From assembly GCF_000007985.2 (NCBI RefSeq), contig NC_002939.5:3180001-3212000 (forward strand): DNA of 32,000 nucleotides, read 5' to 3'. The notes below the pieces were generated by a model that was given only the letters and a program-made list of their open reading frames with translations, was not told where the DNA came from and did not search any database. Every line of letters starts with the position of its first letter. Within the stretch, counting starts at the first letter, position 1. Origin of the DNA: Geobacter sulfurreducens PCA (GTDB lineage: Bacteria; Desulfobacterota; Desulfuromonadia; Geobacterales; Geobacteraceae). The position numbers and the translations under genes are program-made. Shown here piece after piece: positions 1-8,700 of the stretch.

Positions 1-54
1 GCCGCCCCGGAGCTCCGCGGCAACGCGGGCAAACCCACTCTGGCGCGGGAACAG

Positions 55-96
55 ACAGACATCACCGGAGGAAAGACAGACATCACCGGAGGAAAG
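55..96. repeat. Perfect 21-bp tandem duplication (ACAGACATCACCGGAGGAAAG x2) containing the Shine-Dalgarno of the Sel1 gene
   Basis: Read directly: 55-75 and 76-96 are identical with no mismatch. The GGAGG of the second copy lies 5 nt before the ATG at 98. Confidence 0.95.
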
Positions 97-97
97 C

Positions 98-835
98 ATG
101 CTGAATCGCACCACAAGAAAGATCGCCCTGGTTACCGGCCTGTCCCTGGCTCTTGCCCTTCCGTCGCTGTCATGGGCAGATTTTGCCGCCGGGCAGCAGG
201 CATTCCGGAACGGCGACTATGAGACGGCGTTGCGGGAGTACAGGGAGGACGGGGGCGCCCAGGCCTGTTACCGGATCGGAACCCTCTACGACAACGGGTT
301 CGGGGTCCCCGAAAACAAGCAGGAGGCCCTGAAGTGGTACCACAAGGCGGCAGATCTCGGCCTGGACCAGGCACAGCACCGGATCGGAGAAATGTACGAC
401 AACGGGCGCGGCGTCGAAGAGAACCCGGTCACCGCCCTGAGCTGGTATCTGAAGGCTGCCGAGCAGGGAATGGCGATCGCCCAGTTCAAGGTGGGCGACA
501 TGTATTACACCGGAAAGGGGGTCAAACAGGACGTGGCGCTGGGGGTCAAATGGCTGCAGCAGGCGGCCAAGATGGGAAACATCAGGGCCCAGTACGAAAT
601 AGCGACCATGTACGAGACGGGCAGGGAGCTGAAAAAGGACATCTCCGAGGCGGCGAAGTGGTATCTCCGGGCAGCGGAGCAGGGGCACAGCAGGGCCCAG
701 TACACCATTGCGCTCCTTTTCCTCAAGGGCGAAGGCGTCAGGCAGGATCGGGCGGAAGCCGTGAAATGGCTGCGCAAGGCCGCGGAAGGCGGGCACACCA
801 AAGCCCAAATGGACCTGGCAAGCCTGAGCCAGTAA
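98..835 (+). CDS. Secreted Sel1-like (SLR) tetratricopeptide repeat protein, 245 aa
   Basis: N-terminal signal peptide (LSLALALPSLSWA/DF). About five full ~36-aa repeats of the Sel1 pattern (AQ..(I/L)G.MY..G.GV..(D/N)...A..WY.KAAEQG). GGAGG SD before an ATG start. Confidence 0.9.
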   Translation: MLNRTTRKIALVTGLSLALALPSLSWADFAAGQQAFRNGDYETALREYREDGGAQACYRIGTLYDNGFGVPENKQEALKWYHKAADLGLDQAQHRIGEMYDNGRGVEENPVTALSWYLKAAEQGMAIAQFKVGDMYYTGKGVKQDVALGVKWLQQAAKMGNIRAQYEIATMYETGRELKKDISEAAKWYLRAAEQGHSRAQYTIALLFLKGEGVRQDRAEAVKWLRKAAEGGHTKAQMDLASLSQ

Positions 836-863
836 ATGGGACTGAACGGGGTTCTGCTGCCGG

Positions 864-1397
864 CTACGGGCCGCTGAAGGAGCAGGTGCCGGCTTCAATG
901 CAGCCGTCACCCAGGCTGTCGCCGACCCGGACGCAGCCGGCCACCCCCCAGGGCCTGATCTTCAACAGATAGCCATACCCGTGGTCACGGCAGAACGTGG
1001 ACTGCCGTGCCGCCGCATACAGAGGCACCGACCCGCTGTCCGCGCAGGAAAACCAGTTCCTGCTCCTGTCGCTGACAATGTACATGTCGGCACTGGGGCA
1101 GTAGTAGGTGATATCGTCCTGGTTAAAGAGCTGGTCCTCGATGGTCCCGACGGGGGTGCACACCCCGGGCCAGAGGTCATTGGCGGTCCCCTCGGGGCAG
1201 CAGCGCCCGTTTTTCTGCAACACCAGCCCATCCCCGCAGAGCGGGTTGCCCTTGCCGTCATCGGTGGCATCCAGGGCAGATGGCGGCACGACCGGTTTGA
1301 CGAAATTCACCACTCCCGCTCCGGCGGCAGAGGCGCGCGTCGCAGGCCCCCACAGGCCGACAGCCAGCAGACAAACCAGTGTGAACGGAATCCTCAT
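864..1397 (-). CDS. Secreted cysteine-rich hypothetical protein (177 aa from internal ATG)
   Basis: The ORF track gives 864..1607, but Met71 (ATG at 1397) follows GGGAGG and starts a signal peptide (MRIPFTLVCLLAVGLWGPATRASA). The mature part has about 10 Cys and no family I recognise. Confidence 0.6.
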   Translation of the reverse strand: MRIPFTLVCLLAVGLWGPATRASAAGAGVVNFVKPVVPPSALDATDDGKGNPLCGDGLVLQKNGRCCPEGTANDLWPGVCTPVGTIEDQLFNQDDITYYCPSADMYIVSDRSRNWFSCADSGSVPLYAAARQSTFCRDHGYGYLLKIRPWGVAGCVRVGDSLGDGCIEAGTCSFSGP

Positions 1398-1446
1398 CTC
1401 CAGCACCTCCCTCGGCGTCTCCGTTTCCGTCAGCGGGAACACGCTG

Positions 1447-2487
1447 TCAGTAACTGCCGGCCGCCTCCAGCAGCTTCGCGATTCCGTCCATCCCCCTGGC
1501 CCGGGCCACGTCCAGGGCCGACTTTCCGTCAGCGGTCCGGACAGAGACATCCGCCTTGCGCTCCAGCAACGCCCTGACGATTTCCTCGTTACCCTCGGCA
1601 ACGGCAATCAGCAGGGCGGTGACGCCGTGCCTGTTCCGGACAGCAACGTCCGCCCCGGCATCGATCAGGAACCGTGCGATATCAGTCCGGTTTTGAGCCA
1701 GGGCAAACATGAGCGCGGTATCCCCGTCCCTGTGCACCGCATTGATGTCGGCCTTTGCTCCCACCAGGAATTTCACCACCGCCAGGTGGCCGTTCATGGC
1801 GGCCGCCATCAGCGGCGTGACATCCTCGACATTGCTGTTGTTGAGGTAGGCCCCACGCCCTGCCAGGTACCTGACGATCTCCGGATGTCCGTTGTGGGCC
1901 GCGATCCAGAGCGCATTGACGGCCATACTGTTCAGATAGTTCACCCAGGCACCATTGGCAACCAGCAGCTTCACCGTATCCAGGCTCCCCGCCATGGTCG
2001 CCACCATCAGGGGAGAGACCCCGTCAATGGTGCCGCCCTCGGTTCTGTCGACGCTTTCGGTGTAGTTCACATCCGCCCGGGCCCGGATCAGCTTCCGCAC
2101 CCCGGCCGCGTTTCCCGCCATGGCCGCGTCAAAGAGCTCGCCGTTGACGGAGCGTTTCGACGTGCTGCTGACGATCTCGTCCCCCTTGAAGACGATTTCA
2201 TAGAAACCGTCGCGGGTTAAGCCCCGTTCGCGGCAGTTGCGGTAGTCGCCGCGATAGGTGGTGGTCGCGCCCCGCCTGACGATCGAAACCCTTCTGGTCC
2301 CGCCGTCGCCGCAACGCACGGTCTTGCCGCTGTTTCTGCGTACCGTGTCGTGCCCCCCCAGATCGACGATCATGTCCGTCATGAGCTTCGTGGTCGCTTC
2401 CTGCTCGTATTCATAGGCACGGACATCCGCGGGGAGGCCCAGCGCCACCGCGGCACCGGCGGTCGCCAGCACTAGTCTCGTTATCAT
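1447..2487 (-). CDS. Ankyrin-repeat protein with N-terminal signal peptide (346 aa)
   Basis: Six to seven ANK repeats (e.g. GVTALLIAVAEGNEEIVRALLERKADVSVRT; GDTALMFALAQNRTDIARFLIDAGADV). Start placed at Met62 of the 407-aa ORF (ATG at 2487): GGAGAAGGGA SD, then MITRLVLATAGAAVALGLPADVRA. The longer form would overlap the small ORF and hairpin at 2571-2686. Confidence 0.85.
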   Translation of the reverse strand: MITRLVLATAGAAVALGLPADVRAYEYEQEATTKLMTDMIVDLGGHDTVRRNSGKTVRCGDGGTRRVSIVRRGATTTYRGDYRNCRERGLTRDGFYEIVFKGDEIVSSTSKRSVNGELFDAAMAGNAAGVRKLIRARADVNYTESVDRTEGGTIDGVSPLMVATMAGSLDTVKLLVANGAWVNYLNSMAVNALWIAAHNGHPEIVRYLAGRGAYLNNSNVEDVTPLMAAAMNGHLAVVKFLVGAKADINAVHRDGDTALMFALAQNRTDIARFLIDAGADVAVRNRHGVTALLIAVAEGNEEIVRALLERKADVSVRTADGKSALDVARARGMDGIAKLLEAAGSY

Positions 2488-2570
2488 TCCCTTCTCCTGA
2501 ATCGCGCCGCGTGGGGCCGCAGCCGCAGCGCCCTCTCCCGGCCCGCCGCCCCCATGCTGCTGCAAACAAA

Positions 2571-2602
2571 GAGAGGTGGGGCGCCCTGCAGCCTCACCTC
2601 TC
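2571..2602 (-). terminator. Rho-independent terminator/attenuator-like hairpin after small ORF B
   Basis: Minus strand: GAGAGGTG-aGGC-tgcagggc-GCC-c-CACCTCTC followed by TTTGTTTGC. It begins 21 nt after the TAG of the 20-codon ORF. Confidence 0.6.
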
Positions 2603-2623
2603 CGTGCTCGGGCCGGCTGTCGA

Positions 2624-2686
2624 CTAACAGGGATGCACGTTGGCGGAGCCGACGATCCGCGGTTTGACATAGCTGCGCTTTTTCAT
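2624..2686 (-). CDS. Small ORF B, 20 aa: MKKRSYVKPRIVGSANVHPC (unlisted; paralog of 26591-26653)
   Basis: ATG AAA AAG CGC AGC TAT GTC AAA CCG CGG ATC GTC GGC TCC GCC AAC GTG CAT CCC TGT TAG, translated by hand. GAAAGGA SD-like element 9 nt upstream. 15/20 residues identical to ORF A, with many synonymous codon differences. Followed by a hairpin. Confidence 0.7.
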   Translation of the reverse strand: MKKRSYVKPRIVGSANVHPC

Positions 2687-2738
2687 CTGATCACGTCCTT
2701 TCCGCACCCGCAGGTGCACTATCCGGTGTGTAGCGTTC

Positions 2739-5700
2739 CTACCACGGTGACTTCGTATTCCACAACTGCCCGTCCTGCGAGTAGGTCGAGCCGCCGGCGG
2801 TGGCGCTCTGGTGGCAGAGGGTCTGGCTGTTTGTGGTTATGCTGGTAGATTGAGTGGCCTTGCCGAAGAACCACTTGCCCGCAGTGCCCAAGGGCTGGTC
2901 TCCCGTACCGCCGCCCCCCTGCGGGAAGCGACCCACACCCGCCCCCTTGGATCCGCTCTGGGATGCTGGGCCGGTCATGCTGCCGCCGGAGGCCGCCCGG
3001 CCGCGGTGCTTCACGTCGAGGCAGTTGGTCACCAGCAGGCGCGGCAGCTTGGCGTTGTGCGGCGTGTGGCACTTGGAGCAGGTAAAGGCGTGGACCTTGT
3101 TGTTGGCATTGCCCCCGCTGGCGGTCGCCCATCCCTTGACCGTGTTGTGGACCCGCCGCATGGTCTTCCAGTTCGAGGTGGCCGGCGCTGCCGTGTTGTT
3201 GAGGTCGGCCTGGGCGTGACAGCCGGTGCAGAGTCCGGCGAACTGGGCATCGGTGGTACCCTGCATGGTACTCGGTGTCTGGCTGGATGCGTTGTTGGGG
3301 AAGGTCCACTGGCTGCGTGTCGCTGCTGCGGCAATCCCCATGCTGTTCTGGTCGATCCGGTAGCCCGGCGTGCTGCCGACGTTCATGGCACTTCTCTTTT
3401 TGCCGCCGCCGCGGGCTTCGGTTTTGCTGGCCGGCGCCGCATCCTGCTTGTACGGCGAGGTGACCCAGGTCCCCTTGAGGAGGGGTACGGCATAGGCCTG
3501 GTTGGCTCCCAGGGACGGGCTCACGCCGTGGGGGTCGTGGCACGGCGTGCAGAGGCCGTTGATGGGCTTGGCGGCGGTGGTGGTCAGGCTGGAGGATGCG
3601 CCGAAGTGCCCGCCCTTGTTGTCGGGGTTCAATGCCTTGTAGGCATAGGTCTGGGTGTTGGCGAAGGTGCCGCTGCCGAAGTACGGCGTATCGTGGTAGC
3701 CGTAGATGGCCTGGGTGGAGCCGAAGGTCCCGCCGCTGGCCGTCGGACCGTACCCCCAGGGAGCGGTTGCGCCGGCGCTGGCGGTATTGTGGCAGTCGAA
3801 GCAGAGGGCCGCACCCGGGTTGTAGGCGTTCTTGTTGGGCTCGACGGCATCGCCCCCCGCATACGGCGTGTAGTCGGCGGTGTAGCCGCCGATGCCGTTG
3901 CTGGTTGCCTTGAGGATACCGCCCATGTTGCGGCCGGTGGCGCTGGAGTAGCTGCTCATGATGCCGGTGGCGCTGGTGCCGTGGGAGTTGTGGCAGTCAT
4001 AGCAGAGCACGTTGACCGTGCCGCTGGTATTGGCATAGACCTCGCCGGTGGTGCTGTTCCCGACGGTCCAGCCCCGCTGGTTCAGGTCTGCGCGGCCGTG
4101 GGCCGAATAGGCCTTGGTGAGGCTCTTGGCTACCGTGTTGTTGCCGGTGACCTTGGCCCACGTGGTGGTAGTGGCAACGCTGTACCGCTCGGCAATGCTC
4201 TTGCCGTCCCATGCGTACTGCGTCGGCGTCATGCCGTCGCCGAAGGGCTGGCTGGCCGCGTTGGTGGCATTGTGGCAGCCGAGGCAGTTGCTGTTGAGCT
4301 TGGCAAGCTCCGTCCGGGTGCCGTTGGAGGTATAGGCGGTGCCGGTGCTCCCCTCGGTGTAGGCTACCGGTCTTGAGGTAGTGGTCCGGATGACCAGGTT
4401 GACCGGCTGGCCGGCCGTTCTGGTGTGATAGGTCGTATTGGCGGTGCCGTTTGCGTTGGCCTCCCAGTGGCACTGGTAGCAGACCGTGTTGCTGATCTGC
4501 ACGCCCTGCACGTGGTGCGACTCGCCGCCGAACTGCGGGATCACCGCGGCGCGGGTGTTCACCTCGCCACTGTGGCAGCCGATGCAGGTGGGCTTGTGGG
4601 TGCCGCCGTCATAGGTGCCGGTGCTCGGGACGCCCCAGGTGGGTCCGGCCACCGCCGTGGTGTCGTGGCAGAGGATGCTGAAGCACTTCTTGGCACCGCT
4701 GTCGTAAGTGGCCGTCACGCCCACCACCGTAGAGTTGAAGACCACGTCGATATCGCCGTTCACGTGCTTGGGATTGCCGGAACCGGAACCCAGGTGGCAG
4801 ATGAAGCAGTCGATGCCGTAGCCGCCGTTGGCGGAGCTGGCGGAATGCTTCTGGTGGCTGTCGGTGAAGGCCGAGGTCTGGTTCTTGTGGCAGCTGCCGC
4901 AGTTCATGGGCGCGCCGCCCCAGACCGGCAGCGGGCTGGCGTAGTTGCCCCTGCCGTCGCTGTGGCAGTAGACGGCGCAAGTGCCGAAGGCGGTGCTCGG
5001 CGCCAGGCCGTTGGTCGCGCCGCTGGCACCGGCAGTGCCGTTGCCGGCGGCCGGGGTGTACTGCGGGTTGGCGACCTTCTGGTTCAGGCGTTGGGCCGTG
5101 CTGTAGAACGCCCATTCCACCTTGCCGTCCACGTGGTAGTTGTTCTCCTTGACGCCGTGGCAGTTGGAGCAGCCGAGACGCGGCTTGCCAAAGGCGGTGC
5201 TCACGTGGGCGTCATGGGACCCGGTGGCATGGTAGGTGTCGGCGGTCACGCCGTGGCAGGTGCCGCACGCGGCCTGGGACGAACCGCCTTCCCAGTTGGG
5301 CCTGGTGTTGCTCCCACCCTGCAGCGCCGCCCGGGTGGACGTTCCGCCGCCGTGGCAGTAGAGGTTCGCACAGGTGTTGAGGGTATCCGCGTTGGTCGTC
5401 CGGCGGACCACCGTTCCCGCATTGGTGGATTTGTAGACGATTCTCGGCGAGTAGTTGTCGGACAGGGTCGAATAGCCGTAGAACGTGCCGCTGGTGACCC
5501 TGCCGCCATAGGCGTTGAAGCCCATCTCCATGTCGTAGCTCGGCATCTCCTGCGAGTACTGGTAGTGGCAGACGTTGCAATCCTTGCCGATGCTCGGATT
5601 GAGGGCGTGGGCCTGGTGCGCGCCCACCATGCCGGGGGTAAGGGCTCCCACGGCCGGGATGGTCATGCCGGCCTCGTCGACGGGCGGCCGGCCGTGACAG

Positions 5701-8700
5701 GTATTGCAACTGTCCACAACGCCGTTGACGTGCAGTTTCGGGTCCTTGAAGGCGTATCCCGTGTTGTCCACATGCTTGTGGCAGAGGATGCACTGGTTGG
5801 CGACGAACGGCCTGTTGTTGTTGTCGTCCCAGTGGGTGTAGCCGGGCAGCGGCGCTGCCGGCGGGAAAGCATGGCACTTGACGCAGTCGTTGGTGCCCAC
5901 GCCGGTGAGATAGGGAGAATTCCAGACGGCGGGCGCCGGCGAGCCGAGGGAAGCGCCGTCTGTGACGGCAGAGCCGTAGGGGCCGGCCCCCACGTTGGAG
6001 GCCATGCCGCCGCCGTGGCACCAGACGTTGCTGCACTCCCTGCTCGCATAGTTGTAGGACGGCTGGTGCTCTGCGCTGGAATAGCCGTTCTGCACGCCGC
6101 TGCCGGCAATGGCGCCGAAGATGACCTCGGCCGGCAGGGCCGAATCGATGTGGCCAGGGGTGTAGGGGCCCGTGGGCTTCAGGTGGCAGCCGGAGCAGTC
6201 GATCCTGGCCGAATACCTGAAGGGCATGGAGGTGATGTGCTGGAAGTGCGCTCCCACGTAGGCATCGGTCTTGGACGTGGTGCTGCCGGGTCCGGAGGTG
6301 CTGTAGAACCCTGCGGCGGACGGGCTGGTGGTGTGGCACTTCTCGCAGAGCGGAACGGCGTGGTTCGGCGGTTCCCAGGCGAGGGTCCGGCGGGCGCCGT
6401 GGCAGTTGCCGTTGTAGCAGGTGCCGTAGGGGGCGGAACCGGGCGTCTTGGCGGAACTGTAGGAATAGTGGGTATTCTCCCCAAGGCCCGTGAACATGAA
6501 GTTGATCTTGCTGTTGCCATGGTTGAGGGAGTTGGTGCTCCCGCCGTTGGCGTGACAGATGCGGCAGTCGAAGCCGGTCACCTCTTCTCCGGCGTGCTGG
6601 GGATGGCCGCCGGTGGTGTTGGGATCGGCCTGGTGGCAACTGTTGCAGTTGGTGGAGCCGCCCCAGACCGGCGTTGCAAAGCTGGTGGGACCGCCGGTGC
6701 CGTTGTTGGACTGGACATCACTGTGGCAGTACAGGTTGGAGCAGGTGCCGTAGCTGCCCGGGGCGGTGGGGGCCTTGGCGCCGGTGGAGCCTGCCGCGAC
6801 TCCGGCGTACCTGGCAGTAGTGCTGTTGGCGGCGAGGTCCCATTCCACGTTGCCGTTGATGTGGGACGCGCTGGTGGAATAGTTGCGAAAGCCGTGGCAC
6901 TTGGCGCAGGCGATGCCGTTGCCGTAGCCGGGCTCGTTGCCGGCATGCTTGGCATGGCTCCCCGACGGCGGCGGGACATCTGCCGTGGCGGCATGGCACG
7001 AGCCGCACCCCACCTGGGTGATGCCGGTCCAGGCCGGTTCGGTGTTGTAGCCGCCGTTGCCCTCCCAGCCGTGGCAATAGACGCTGCAGGTCATGATGGT
7101 ATTGGGGGCCTGCTGGATGGTGGTGCCCGCGGCGCCGGACCAGGAATAGTCGTTGCCCGGCGCGAGGGTGCGTATCGTGCCCGTGGTGACGCTCCCCACG
7201 AAGCCGGGGAAGGTTCCGTTAGCGACGCTGAAACCCAGGTTCAACTGCATGTCGGGGGTCGCCGTGACCAGGTGGTTGGCGTTGCTGTGACAGGCCGTAC
7301 ATGTCACCTGCCGCGCATTGTGCTTCCCATGGGAGCCGGCATTGCTGGCAAAGGGGAACAGGACCTCGGTCGGCGGCACCACCAGCATCTCGTAGCTGGT
7401 GGGCGGATTGCCGTGGCAGTCGTCGCAGGACTGGCCGGTGGCTTTCGTCTTGAAGCCGATGCTGTGGGGATGGCACTTCAGGCAGTCGCCGTTGTTGTTA
7501 TGATCCTTCCAGGCAACCTTGGCGGCGCTGTACTGGTGGAACCGGGCCCGGTGATGGCAGACCTCGCACACGTTGGTGGATGCGGTGCCGCTCCTCCTGT
7601 CATTGCCGAACACGCCCGCGACATTCGCATTGATGGCCGTGGAGATCGTGTCGAAGAGGACCGGACGGGGTCCGGTGGGCGTGGTTATCACATTCCTGAC
7701 CTGCTTGATGTTGGTCGCGTCGGGAGAATGACACGTACTGCAGGTAAAATTGACACCCCACTTGCCGTACTTCTGGGTACCGAGCTGCAGGCTGCTGTGC
7801 ATCATGGTGCCATACTTGTTGACCACGACCTCGATGGGATCGGGGCACACGGTTTCCCCGCCGCTGCTCTTGACCACTTTCACGTGGAAGGTCTTGACCG
7901 CCCCCTCGATGGCTCCCGGCTTGGCCGTGATGTCCAGGTGCGTGTATTTCGAGCCGTTGTTGGTCGAAATGACAAAATCGTTGGCCTCGAAGGCGGCAAC
8001 GGTGAAGTTGCTGTCGTCGATGTTCGTGCCTTGGGTGACGAGGCTGAAGGTGGTGGGTCCGCAGACCCCGGTATCCTTGTTCTTGATGCCGATGGTCAGC
8101 TTGACGGTGGTGCCCGCCTTGACATAGGACGCCGTGGGGTTGACGATCAGCTCCGGCAGCTCGTTGCACCGGTTCTTGATGGCCGCCGTTGCGCTGGCGG
8201 TGACGCCGGCGTTGATATTGTTGACCGAGTCGATGACACAGAGGCGATAACCGTAGTTGACCCCTTCGTCCAGCCCCTTGTCGACCACGGAGGTGGCGGG
8301 GCCCTGGTAGGCCAGGAAGGTCTTGGCGTTATCCACCGTGCAGGTACGCGGGGCCGGCGCGTTGCCCAGGCCGCGCACCAGCTTGTAGGTGACCGGCTGG
8401 CCGCCGGCATCGGTGGTGCCGAGCCAGCTCAGGTTGACTTCGGCCCGGTCGGTGTCGTTGTGGTAGGTCCCGGTGACGGCCGTGAGGGACGATTCGTTGG
8501 GAGGCTCTTCGTCCATCAGGATGGTGGCGCTGCCGGCATCGTTCACCAGCAGGGCGTTCGTCGTCCTGGAATGGGTCACCGACGTTACCCGGCCCTTGAC
8601 GGTGAAGGTGATCCCCTGGTTCCCCTTGGGGGTGATGGCCACGTAGTAGTCGGTGGGGATCTGGGTGGCGGCCAGGCCGGTGGTGGGGACCTGCCAGTTG

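Noticed and set aside
55-96. The 21-bp tandem repeat as a CRISPR array or a longer VNTR.
   Set aside because: There are only two directly adjacent copies with no spacers, and no further copies in the window.
1-97. Possible c-di-GMP (GEMM-I-like) riboswitch upstream of the Sel1 gene. It contains a CCGCG-GCAA-CGCGG hairpin with a GNRA loop followed by GGGCAAACCC, reminiscent of the conserved GGCAAACC segment.
   Set aside because: The other conserved GEMM elements as I remember them (an ACGCAAAGC-type junction and a second hairpin with a tetraloop receptor) are not present, and the window is truncated at the 5' side. The similarity is too short to support a call. A covariance-model scan of the extended region would settle it.
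2571-2700. Classical trp/his-type ribosome-mediated attenuation by the small ORFs, with a leader peptide sensing charged tRNA.
   Set aside because: I found no alternative antiterminator pairing between the ORF 3' regions and the left arms of the hairpins. There are no runs of a single regulatory amino-acid codon. A drug- or metabolite-dependent arrest peptide (Pro near the C-terminus) cannot be excluded and is kept as an alternative in the findings.
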